This document shows positions 51,682 to 64,000 of a DNA stretch of 64,000 bases, piece after piece. The stretch comes from Lingula anatina. Taxonomy: Eukaryota > Animalia > Brachiopoda. The notes beneath the pieces are model-generated. The model saw only the letters and a list, made by a program, of their open reading frames with translations, ran no database searches and was not told the origin of the DNA. How positions within the stretch are numbered: the first letter of the stretch is position 1; each line of letters opens with the position of its first letter. Both the position numbers and the translations under genes were made by a program. The DNA lies in the NCBI GenBank assembly GCA_051362555.1, contig CM120644.1, forward strand, positions 15,832,534 through 15,896,533, given 5' to 3'.

Positions 51682-53600
51682 TGAGCCCATCAATATTCAA
51701 ATTTCTTCTGATTTTTCAACATATGCAATATCTTCACTGAAATGCATGTTTCTGACTAATTTTTAAAAAAAATAAATAAAACACGTAAACGGTCTTCTAT
51801 TTAAGTCGCGCCATTCAGCGTTCAATTAAAGTTACGAGATATTGTTAGCCTAAGACAAAGCCGTATTTAATATATCGTTTCTGAGCCTAGCGTCAGATGG
51901 GAGCGTTCACAGCCGTGAGACCACAAACACATGCGAGTGAACACTCCTCGACCGGTGGCGACACCTTTACACGCGCGTTTGTGTTTACACTTCAGCTCTA
52001 TCATTACAGGCAATTTGGACCTGTTTCAAAAATAACTTTGGTGGAAAATCGGTCTTTGCTTTTACATATTTTTTTTTACTATACTCGACCAAAGATGTGC
52101 CAGCAGTACAAGTGCAGGAAAATGAAATATTGTGTTCATTTTAATAACACATCAACGGACTGATATGAGTAACAAATATTTGGTGTAACACTCATACTAA
52201 ATTTCGGGCTATAATTATTTTGTAAAATTTGACGCACGAAAATGATATATATATATATCTATATATATATATACAACATTGTATATATATGTATATATAT
52301 ACGTCAATGTTGTATCTGCATGTTAGTTAAAGATTAGGATTCTTTTTTTTTCATCATTTGCCTGCATATTGTGTAATAAAGAAAGATTTATTTTGCATGC
52401 AGATATTGCTGAAATTATCCCTAAGATTTAGGGATAAAGCAAATCCGGCACTTTAATTCCATTGCTGATATCTCTAAAACGTTACAGTCATACTAAACCA
52501 AGTAACTCTGTACATTTAACTATTGAATATTTTAAAGAACATATGAAGTTAAAGAGCACTTAAATGTACTACTTTATACCACTTGCAGTAGTTTTAAACC
52601 TTACTGTCAGAGGCAATGCATATTAGGCCTGTAAAGGACTGAATTGTGCTTTTATATATATATATAATATTTATATTTATACAAGTATGATTTATCATGC
52701 AACGTTTTAAGGAACAATAGGTAATCTGTCGTGAGCTGTAAGGTTGGTGAAAAATATAAATATCCATTTTTTTTTAATAAGTAGGGGACCCAATGACATA
52801 TCAATAAATCAAAATAATGCTTACAACAAAATACACAACCGCTTGGTAATGTTAATGTCAGAAATTAATCCGCTTCACTTTAGTCTACTAATTACTGACA
52901 CCGCAACAATGAGCGCCCGACAATACCACAGGATTATCTGCCTATGCAAATAAGTGTTCTTTTATTAACTTACGACCACTAATAAGTCCGTTCACCTTAA
53001 TCACACAGCGTTTTTACGGGGCAGGTTTGACATCGCCTCTTATTACAAAAACGAAATAAGTAGGGATCAGTGCCTCGAACAATTCGCCCAATCTCGCAAA
53101 CAAAAACCGAGCTGTGCGCCTCTGTACAAACATTCCGTCATTTCTTAAACTCAAACAATTTGACAATCATCATAAACAATGAGGCTTATTAGAACGCCAA
53201 CGGCGAGGCGGTGATCACTTAATTAAGTGCACCTCTACCTTTATCCCCCCCCCCCCCCCAATAAAGGGGGAGGGGCCTCGGACTTATAATACGCTTGTTT
53301 CGATTCGGTCTAAGTCGGTGTAGTATTTGTCGAAACTATAATGAGTGCTATTAAACCTGTGAGTTCAAAGCATGTCATCCAAACCATCAGTCAACGAATT
53401 GCAATCAGCAGTTCGATGGCAGCCCTTAGAAAGTAAATGCACTACAACTATTCAACATCGATTTTATCTAAAACAAGTCCAAGCTGCATCGAGCCCTAGA
53501 TTTAAATTTTAAATATGGGATAATCGAGTATCTACCTTGAGTACGGTGACCCATGCCCTCTGAAACAAAAGAGTGCACACCTGGTCATTAAGTGGTCTGA

Positions 53601-53808
53601 GGCTGCATTCACAACAAAAAATGATCCGCAGACTAGCAAATCCGTGGATCAGATATGGCCGACACATTTGAAAGTTTGCCGTGTGATTCCTGCTGGAAAT
53701 CTATTGAGTGCATATTAGGAGATTATGTGGCAAATTTTCAAGTGAGTCGACCATGTTTGATCCGCAGTTCTGTTAGTCTGCACATCTACTTTGGTTGTGA
53801 AGGCGGCC
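53601..53808. mobile_element. MITE family C (PIF/Harbinger-like), copy 2
   Basis: TIRs ggctgcattcacaac / gttgtgaaggcggcc, flanked by TGA and TAA (TNA-type target). Inner inverted arms gcagacta..ggatca / tgatcc..tagtctgc, with a core shared with 13641-13815. Confidence 0.8.
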
Positions 53809-53994
53809 TAACAGTGGCTATAATTGAGTGACCAGTGACAAAGGGGTACAAGGAGGAGGTTGATGGGGTCAGAGATCGATGATCGGTAGTAATTGGTGAT
53901 TGGCGGTTAATGTTTATCAGGCATTAATAGGGTTGAAGTGTCTCATTCTACGACCGTATTTATAGTCAGTGTGTGTGTCTGGAGGGTGGTATGT

Positions 53995-54036
53995 ACACAT
54001 TTCCCTTGGATTTATTTCGTCAAATATAACGGCAGG

Positions 54037-54101
<65 letters not shown>

Positions 54102-54302
54102 GTGGTTATAGGCGTATTCATGAAATGGATGATCTGTGGTTATTGGTGATTGGTGGGTAATCTCATTTGGACACAATGGGCGGGGGCAGTGTCTCACTCT
54201 ACGGGCGTATATCAAGTCAGTATGTATTTTATATATTTATTTTTGGGGTTATGTGCACATTTTTCCCGAATTTGTCTTGTAAAATATAGGGCTGCCCCCC
54301 CC

Positions 54303-54367
<65 letters not shown>

Positions 54368-54468
54368 GGCTTATTTATTTTTTCATTAATTTTTGATGTG
54401 ATATATACACGTCGTTTTCCAGAATTTATCTTGTCAAATATAAGGGCAGGTCCCTCTCTCTCAGTGGG
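53995..54468. repeat. Three diverged copies of a 45-50 bp unit, each followed by (TC)n
   Basis: cacat..ttcc..gaattt(a/g)tcttgt(c/a)aaatata.gggc consensus at about 53995, 54255 and 54407, each running into a TC microsatellite. Confidence 0.75.
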
Positions 54469-54526
54469 TAATGGCTAATACAAGAACTTGATGGGGAAGC
54501 CATTCGTGTATAATTTTGCAATAAAC

Positions 54527-54566
<40 letters not shown>

Positions 54567-57500
54567 CAAAATATCTCCCGTTGTGTAAAAAAATGACTAC
54601 TTTTTCATCTCTTTGGCTATTTGTACAGAAACGTAAGGCAAGTCACAAAAATGATATAAGAATTTTATCAAAATTTAAAAAATACGACTTAAAGGAGTCA
54701 CGTAAGCGATATTAATAGCCTCGTTAACTGTATATGTACCTCAACATCAGAGCAGCCTCCTCCACCTTTATTTCACTAATAATGAAGCGGTCAGCAACCC
54801 TGAATTAACGAAAAGTCCCTGTAAGAATCTAAAACTTAGGGTGTATATCGGAGATCCTCTACCGAACTATCTGGTACGGCCAAATACGCAATAAACGAAA
54901 ATGGATACTTTCGATCGCACACCGTGTGATGCGATTAAGACTACAGCGGGATGGAATCAAGCGACACACGTGCTTAGATCACAGAAAGCGGAAAGATCGA
55001 CATGCTGTTGATTTCCCAACGTAATGTTATCGTAACACGCGAATCAATGTCAGCGACGGACACGTGTGTTGGGAGCTTTACGGATGTGGGGTTGGGGGTG
55101 GGAGGTTAGGGAGGGGGTGCAGGATGAGATAAATAAATAAATAAATAAATAAATACGATTTTGCAATATCAGGTAGATAAGATCTATCTGGATGACATAG
55201 AGCTTGTGTATTACGTTGTGATAATCTTGTTTATTAAAAAAATAAATAAAAACTAGGTTTAACATTTTCGGAAGACTAGGCACAAAAGTAGTATTTGATA
55301 AGTTTTAATTTTGTCTTCAAGTTTGTGTACACATACTATGTAACAATGGTTTTCACTTTCACCCATTAACATTTCATAATCAAACTAAACATCTAACTGT
55401 TTCGATTAGCGCATTTCTTAAACAACCTAATCATATAAATTATTTTCAAATATTTTTCAAAACCACGATTCATCATTTAGAAGAGCAGTAAAATCGGGAG
55501 TGGTTTCGGTAGGGCCGACGCGCTCGCCGTCGCCTAATCCCTCTTGAATCATCGTCTTAATTAACAGGCGCACATTGTCCTCGGAGTCTTGCCTTTAAAT
55601 CGAGCGCACTTAAGACAAGTGCTACGACGCTATGAGTGACAATCTTACCGAATTTTTGCCATCTGAGAGGACACAAGACACCGAATGTAGTGTTTGTCGT
55701 TATGAGTCATTATGGGGCGAATGGCCCTTCATTAATTATTCTTATACCACTCGAGTACGGGTTAAAGTTTTCTTCAAATATTGCAAGACGCCGCTAGAAT
55801 GGCTGTCTTGTGTTTATTAGGTTTGCGGATAAGTCGGAATCACGAGTTTAATCGCACCCATTGCGCATGCCCGAGTTCAAGTTGGATTGCAGATGTTAAA
55901 ACCTGCGTTCGTTGCGTTGTGATGGAAATATTATACCCCTTCTTTTCCAAATTTTCATTCAATTAACTATTTGAACCGAATGAGAGCCTAATCACAACAG
56001 AATCTGATTTTCAGGTAAATGGTTTATAAAGACTGACACGAGTTTGTTGTTCTTGTGAGTAAAACTTCGATATGTTACCTAAAAGCACATCTTTTTTTTT
56101 CAATTACCGATATATTTTTTCGTCTTTTGTTAATCGAAGCCTTCACTTTAGGTGCAGATTTGTAATTGAAAGGCCCCATTCACTGACAACGTGTCGAATG
56201 CATAAGCCCACTTTTATTTCTCCTAAGATATGCTAATATTTTCTGTAAACAGAATAAAAAAAGTGACAGCGACCGTTCTTATATAAGGTGAAAGATAATC
56301 CTAAAACAAAGACCGCGGGAGATGAGACACGCGTGCGTAGTAATGATCCTTTAAAACGGTCAGCAAAACTAACGCAATATGTTACAATTCCCAACCTTAA
56401 TTGAGTACAAAATTCTTACACACCCCTCCTCCCCTCCCCTCCCCCTTTCCTTATCGGCGCGGGCGGAGCTGTCAACTCAATTTTGCCGCTAGCACTCCGG
56501 GTCATATCACCCAGGGAATATCTGGATCTTTTACACGTGTTTCGGCTATTTAGACACACCCCGAGACCGGGGTTCAGAAACCGAAATCGTCTTTCAGTCC
56601 ACGCCCCGGGGTGTATCCCATTGACGAACGCTATTGACGGAAGGACTTTCTAATGATCGGGTAAAGAGATCAATCCATAAGGGCTTTCAGGATAGACTTC
56701 GTAATCCCGTGTATAAAAGGGATAAGAACTGAAGAGGCATCATAAGGAATTAATATATAAATATTTCTATACAAGGGTTGAAAATTGAAAGGCTGTCCCT
56801 ACTTAACGGTATTGGATTTCGTAAACAGTTGAAAACACCTTAATCCGTGGCTGATGCGTTTACCAAACTTGAACACAATGAGAAGGGGAGACGACGCTCA
56901 TTTCGGAGAGGGACAGATCGAATTTTACATATGTACCTTTTAGAAATTTGACACATAAATGCTCCTTGAACGCCATTTTAAAGTGGGGTAGTTCGGAAGT
57001 CGAGAATATTCTGAAGAGCTTTTAAGAAACTTCACTTTTGTGAGGACGTCTCCTTTTTTTTACATTCCATTGTTTGATGGTATGCAAAAATATGTTGACA
57101 GCAACGGTTTTTGTCTCCGCAGTGATTGGCATATAGTTTACGCAGGACGAAAAATATTTGTCGTCTCATAATATTTTACAAATTTTCAAGAGAATATTGG
57201 CTTTTAAACTGACAGAAAAAAAGCTGAACATCTTAAGATGAAATTTTGCTGCACTCCAATCGTTTTTCATTCCATGCGTATTACTCGAAGTGATTAATCT
57301 TGACAAAGCATGCATTTATTTTGTTATCCATTGAGTTTTCCCTCAGCCAAAACTATTTTGACGTTTTTGTGTGCAATTGCAATCAATAATTTTACTACTA
57401 ATATATCGATCAAATGGTAGATTTTAATTAACTGCTATTTGATAAATTGTATTTAATATTTCGAATAACATCATTACAACATTAAAACGATACAGTTAAC

Positions 57501-59289
57501 TTTATAATTTCTTTTCTACAGTACATAGGAGCCCAATTTATATTTTTCTTTACACTGGAATCAAGGCGCTGTTCCCATAATGTCTTGGACGAATAAATGG
57601 CATGTAGCTTTATGTATGTACTGCTTAATATCAAAGTGAAAATAGAAAATAAATTCTAAAATCATAAAATCTAATTGAAAACTAAGACCATTTCAACCAA
57701 AACGAAATATACAGTCTTTGTTTAGAGAAAGGAAGTGTGGATATAAAAACCGTAGTAAATTTCCCGCGGAATACCACAGTGAAATTTAACTGAGGTATCA
57801 CAGAGGACGGCTAGCGCCAGCTGGACAAATCTTTCAGCCTAACATCAATCAAAGCCACGAGACAATCCAAGTGTAGTAACAACGACAACAACGAAGTCGA
57901 GAGGCATTGTTTTAACGCCAAGGTTTATCTTGACTTTCTAAACGAAATTCTATATCCAAATACTCGATTTCTGTCAATGTTTGTCGTCCGTGTTGACATT
58001 GGGTCTTTCTTCGCCTTGTTTTGTGTCCCAACATTTGACGCGCGGTTGCAGGTGCACGAAATCGATTCTTCTCGACCTTAAGATAGCGCGACGTCCTTGG
58101 ATTTTCTCCAAGGGTAGGGAGCGCGCACACTAGGCCGAAAATGACGGCTCTTTAATCGACCTATCTTGCTTCCGTTAAAAATGTTGGATTGTTATTAAGA
58201 CAGTGGGTATTCCAATTTTAGTCTGCAGATTTGACGGCATAATTACAACATACATAGACGTAAGCATGGCTCGGCAGATTGAATACAATTAAAATAGTGG
58301 AAGCGGGCACTTTTTCAATAAGGTCGAACCAGATGCGATTTAGATAAGTCCTGTGTGAACGTGTCCTTAAACAGAAACCATCTCCACTGTCTCTCTCGCT
58401 TATCTAATCCAATAGGAGAGGATATTGCAGACGTATTTAATTAAGAAGTTATAGTCATTATTTGACAGTAGATTAATTTATTAATTAAGCATTAATGACT
58501 GTGAGTAAATAGACATTTTCAAGATAATAATTAGTACTTAATGCGCACCAATCCAGTATATCAATTACGAATTTAGCAGAATAATAACGCGTAAGCCATG
58601 AGTTTTGTGTATATGTTGAGTATATGTGCATGTATTTTAGTTGTGAAGAATTGTGTCCGTTATTACAAAAAAATAAGAAAAAGTACGAATACAAATTTCT
58701 TACCAGGAATCAGACTGATAACAAAAATACATGCGACATGAATACAAAAAACAGATGCACCTGTAGGTAAATAACGTTGTTAGAGTTGTGTTTATAATTT
58801 ATTTGAAAACGCCTGTAAGATTTATTGTCAAAGTGACGTTCATTTTTTTACAAAAGAACATTGAGCTTTTAAGTGATCACGAATGATTGATATATGAAAA
58901 GATTCCCAAAAATAAAGCCCGCCTCAGCAAAATAAATAAATAAATAAAGGAACAGAAAATAAGGTAAATCCAAGAGAGATACTGTCCTACGAATTGACAA
59001 AATTCGGGTTTAAACATGTACATTCTTATACTGAAATTTTTCAAAAAAAAATTCGGGGTTAATCTTTTGTAGGATTTGCACCACGTAGTAGCCAAGTCTA
59101 GACTTATGTTAAATAGCATGATGGTGTTTTCTAATTGCGCATGCTGTTTCTTTATAAAGAATCATTATTCAGGGTATTTAAAAAGAAAAAAAGGCCTGTG
59201 CTACCACAGTCGTCTCGTGTTGTGACTCAGCCCATTTCCTGTCAAGCGGAGACAAATTGACTCATCAAAAATGATGTCTCTCTCTCTCT

Positions 59290-59323
<34 letters not shown>

Positions 59324-61650
59324 GTTCCATATCCAATGAGTCAGTCACCGGCAATCTGCACCACCAGATGCATTGTTTGGTTCAAAACATAGTTCCTGCC
59401 TGACACTCGCGCTTTCAGTTTGTTCATATCCGTTTGTTTCATAAAGTGCAGTGCAGATAACACTAGATAAGACAAGATAATATAATTTTGCCTGGCGTGC
59501 TTTTCCTGGTGAACATATATTCTGACACGTAGTTAAATCAAGCTATCTTCCAGTGACCAGCTGAATAAAGATCCAAAACAACAACGTTGCATTTTTGCCC
59601 CGAAACTCGAAAAAAATACTATATCCAGACCTACAAATATTAGCCACAGTCGACAATTTTCAGATGACGTCATTTCTGAAATTCTATACAAAATTCTCAC
59701 TGGTGACACAAATTAGTCAGAAAAAATCAAAAATATATAAGTAACTAAGTAGCTGAATATATGAAAAAAGACAGTTAGACAGAAATAACTGGGATGCCCT
59801 TTGTATGTAGGCCTACTTTGAACTATTCTTTTTAGAAGAATTATTTACCTTAAATATCCAGTGTAAGAAACGCCATTCGTCTTAAAACACTATTTTGTAG
59901 AGTAGTACTTAATATTTAATCGAAACTATTGCATGCTCATATAATTTACTTTAAATGCATTTTGTCTATTTGCCTATTTCAGAAATCTATGAAACCTATC
60001 CTTATTACTTTTTTTCACAAACTCTTCTTTACAATATATCTTCTTGTTATAAGAAGGTAACAATAACAAACAAATCTAGCAACGCATGCTTGTGAAATAG
60101 CTGCATCACAGGACATTAAAAACGACAGGACACAACATTAAATTTAACGGTTTGCTTTTATTGTAATGGACCAAATTAACTATGTTGTTCTAAACAAGAA
60201 AGTAGATTCCTTGTTCTTATCAAATTAAGGTTGAGTGTCGCTGTCCTTCTCTTATAAACTTCTTTCTAAAATATATACTTGCAAGTGCAAGTATTACAAG
60301 GGCGAATCAACAACTGTACGCTACAATGAGTTTTCCTTATTTTACATAAAGCTGGGAGATGTCATCTTTCTTCATCGAAGCGTCATGAGTATGAGCGCTT
60401 CAGTGGATAAGATAACAAACGCCTCGAAACGTTGGATAACGTTACAGCCCCGAAGTTTTCTTCAAAACTGTAAAGCACGCGTGGTGCACGCAATCTCCGT
60501 CTCAACAAAACGGAACCGCTTTTAAACGAAGAGAAACGCAATGAATTTTGAATGGGGAAAGAGACTATATAGGTATATGACACAAGAAAGATCTTTCAAA
60601 TGAACTGAACTGTAGTAAGATTTGAATGGAGAAAGAGACCCGTGCCACATTAACTACATTATTTTACCCCGGGGTTGTTGATTAAGTTTAAAGCTAATGG
60701 TTTCCCTCTACAGTTTAATTGTTTTCATACCTCAATCCCGTGCCTAATCACGCGAGACAAAGAGTTCGCGCGAGAACAAAAGCTCCGGAAAGACATTCTC
60801 GCGCAATCCCGAGTCAAAACATCATTTATACTACGCTTTTGTGGCTTTGCAAAAAGGCTGATTTTCATGAGCATGGCTTCCACACAGGGCAGATTTTCCG
60901 ATACCTCTTTAAACTCTTGCCACGCGGGGTGGAGAGAGCGAGCCTTTAAGGCGCTCTTCTCGTTTAGGCCCATACAAAACAGCTCAAGCAGAAGACGTAT
61001 TTTCGAATATTTGCCGACATCTTGACATTGTTGTTATTTCAATTGATAAAACGTGTTAATCCCAAACACTGGTTGAGTAAACCCACGGTTCAAAAGGTCG
61101 ACATTCTCATTAACAAATAGCGATTTTCATTCAAATCTAAGCGCTGAAGGTGGTTAAAAGAGCTGTTAATTTCTTTCGATTAGTGGCTTTTTTCTACGGT
61201 GTGGGGTAATCGAATTTTTTTCTGGCATTGTACTATTGAGCAAATAAAACATCATTTAAGTTTCTTATTTGCCATTCCCTCCCCCCTTCAAATCAAAGTT
61301 ATTTTATTCAAAGGCGAATGGCATTTATTCATTTCACCCAAGAAGAACGGTCACAAATTGAATTTTTCTATCGGTGCATTTGAGTGCTACGGCTGCCAGA
61401 GTGCGTTGTTCATTGTGCTGTTCTCTGCTATAGGGGATAATTCAGAGTAAGCCGATTGTGGATGTAGAACGTTTGAAGGCTATATAGCTTAAACTGCGGT
61501 TCGATATTTACTAGTGAAAAGTGGGGTTCTTTTCTTGAAGTTAAAGCGGTCTTTGGTTATTGGCTCCATAATGCACTTTGAGTGCGGTTTTGTTGGTCAG
61601 CTTCTTAATAAGGTTTACGTCCACCATATCTTCCTCTACATTTTTTTTTT

Positions 61651-61652
<2 letters not shown>

Positions 61653-61696
<44 letters not shown>
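61653..61696. repeat. Poly-T tract
   Basis: Directly visible. Confidence 0.95.
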
Positions 61697-61697
<1 letters not shown>

Positions 61698-62625
61698 AAA
61701 GAGAATGATTCAATACGCGCACCGGGATACTTATTATCATGTTCCCGTGTGTCAGTTTGACGTTTTACATTGCCTCGCTTACGCCTACTAGTTCAATATT
61801 GAACTTTAGAAACGTATTTTGCATATTATGATATTTTAGGAAGGAGAGGGGGGAAGTTTACCCTCTACCAGAGAAACAGATTGATTTTTCACTAGATAGT
61901 CGCAGAAATGTCTCTGGTTAAATTGACGGTGATTCTCTTCACTTTGTCAAGGAAAATGTCCACATGATATAATATACGGCTCTGTTAGAGGGAAGGGGAT
62001 TGGCTTTATCGAAATACAGACTCGCCTCGCAGCAGAAAAAGGCAACGACAGGAGTAAAAATTTAACATTGCAGTGCATGACATAAAGCGTGCAACTTGAC
62101 ACTTGTAATCGCTTTCCAGGGTACTAATTTACCATCTTGGGTGACGTCAGGTACGCCCGCAAAACCGACTTTTATAGCGTAATTGTAATGGAGTAATGAG
62201 GGGGAGGGAGGACATTATCACAATTGATGTCTGTAAATCTATACTGCACAAGAGATGGTGGTTGAACTGTATCAGTCAGAAATAAGGTTGTCGGCTTCGT
62301 CTTATGTCATCAAAGCGGGATCTTACGCGATCAAAATATTGTTCGGTTTGCGTTAAGATTTCTGTTAAGGGTCTTATCGAAATCGAGATGTTTATGAACC
62401 CATATTGCACAAGATTGCGCTGATAAATAAGGGTCTTCCAAAGAAAGAGGGAAGATTCCGTTTACTGCGTCTTCAAAGTCATTACGTGTACCTTACGGGG
62501 GTTTGAGGCAACTTTATGCGGTTCAGCTTCCGCTCTCGTGTCCTCAATGAGAATGTTTTATTACCTACATGCACTATTCGCCTGATTGAGGTGCGTGTTT
62601 CGCGCGTGTTCAGTGCGTGCGCGCG

Positions 62626-62628
<3 letters not shown>

Positions 62629-62677
<49 letters not shown>

Positions 62678-62696
62678 AGAGAGAGAGAGAGAGAGA
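62629..62696. repeat. (GT)n(GA)n compound microsatellite
   Basis: Directly visible. Confidence 0.95.
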
Positions 62697-63112
62697 AGGC
62701 GGATAAAATAAAAGAAGTAAAACAGAGAAGAATAAGAAAAAGAGAGACTGAGAGAGGGACATTGGTCCAGAGACCCAAAATATCAAATATATGACATTAC
62801 GATGTTCTCACACAACTTATTAAAGATTTCCGGTCTTCTCCGTAATAACGTCCTCATCCAACCCTTAATACACCTCATGTAGCATAAAACCCCTCACTCC
62901 TTATGATTTACTGGCCCATATCTGCTATTATGACTTTATTGAAGAAGTTATCTTTAGATTTTAGCATTCAGAGGCTTAATGTGAAGGGGCCACTTCAGTA
63001 CTATTACATTGTGTGTCTTTTGAAAAATGATAACGGGGAAAGGTTCACGAGTCGCCCGAGTTTACCTTACGCCATAAAGCATACTGGTTGTAAAGGTTTT
63101 GTGAACTTACCA

Positions 63113-63114
<2 letters not shown>

Positions 63115-63177
<63 letters not shown>
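63115..63177. repeat. (GT)n(GA)n compound microsatellite
   Basis: Directly visible. Confidence 0.95.
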
Positions 63178-64000
63178 GGGGCAGAAGAAAAAAAGAGGAG
63201 AGAGACTTTCGTATTTCTATTTTCATTATCTCAAGCACAAGAATAGGCCTATAACCCATGTCTTCCTCACATGTAAAAATCCTTAGAACGTTCTCATGTA
63301 TGCATCAGTGCACTCATATACTGTATCTATGCACTTCATATTTCAGGATCATATCAGGAGAAAAATTCTCAGAAGATAAAAAATGACACAACATAAAGTA
63401 ACTCCAAGACCAAGCAGCAGAGTAAGTGATCTTGTACAGTTTGGCAGATTAGGAATAGTTCGATATACTGTATATGTAAGAGTATACACAGCTATAATTG
63501 TGGAAACAGGATCCCATCAATGGAAAGGGTACGGGGGAGAAAACCGTAAGTTTTATTCATTTCACACCTCCCTCTCTTGATTTTATGCGTATTACTTTTT
63601 ACCACATAGACGTATCTAGTGAACCCTAGCGAATTAATTCTTTTACTTTCCGCGTAGACTTCCAGTGCCTGATACGACACAGGCATTGCATGTGTAAACC
63701 CAGAAATGGACTACTTAGTTACATGGGGGCACACAAATAGCTTCAAGAAATTCTTCATTCATCAAACTGAGGGACAACTACTCCCCTCCCCAATTTTAAA
63801 ATCCCAAATCCCAACATACGCGTATATGTTGCTACTTTGTATAAGCAAATCTTTCAAAAATGACAATAAAAACAAATAATAAATAAAATCAATCGTCCAA
63901 TTTGCCAATTTTATCGATTATTATCCCTGATCATCGTCCACAGAAATCACCCTTTCTTCTCGTTGGACTACAGGGTCGCTAAATCGGCCGAGGGTAGTTC

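Noticed and set aside
1-64000. CRISPR arrays, rRNA/tRNA genes, prokaryotic operons or defence systems; the many CVCV/ERER/SLSL/THTH/poly-L ORFs
   Set aside because: The sequence is eukaryotic with spliceosomal introns, and no repeat-spacer array or structural RNA was recognised. The low-complexity ORFs are translations of microsatellites.

Overview
This is AT-rich, intron-containing, microsatellite-rich animal DNA, most consistent with a marine invertebrate bilaterian (inference). Two spliced protein-coding genes can be assembled by hand with canonical GT-AG junctions. (1) A four-exon + strand gene, join(19755..19875,22171..22407,22875..22960,23273..23647), 272 aa. It encodes a signal peptide, a six-cysteine chitin-binding type 2 (peritrophin-A/CBM14)-like domain with an internal polybasic furin-like site, a mucin CysD (WxxW) domain and an acidic Gly-rich tail. 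This compact architecture is the most novel item in the window. (2) A two-exon - strand Ptf1a/Fer1 orthologue, complement(join(42421..42701,48207..48705)), 259 aa, with the bHLH and both C-terminal RBPJ/Su(H)-interaction motifs (HSLSW and an unusual IWMP). Ptf1a sits in an apparent gene desert (about 18 kb 3' and at least 15 kb 5') containing enhancer-like blocks. The rest is short non-autonomous TIR elements (three families each seen twice), tandem duplications and microsatellites. Most ORFs in the supplied track are spurious. All calls were made by eye, with no database searches.
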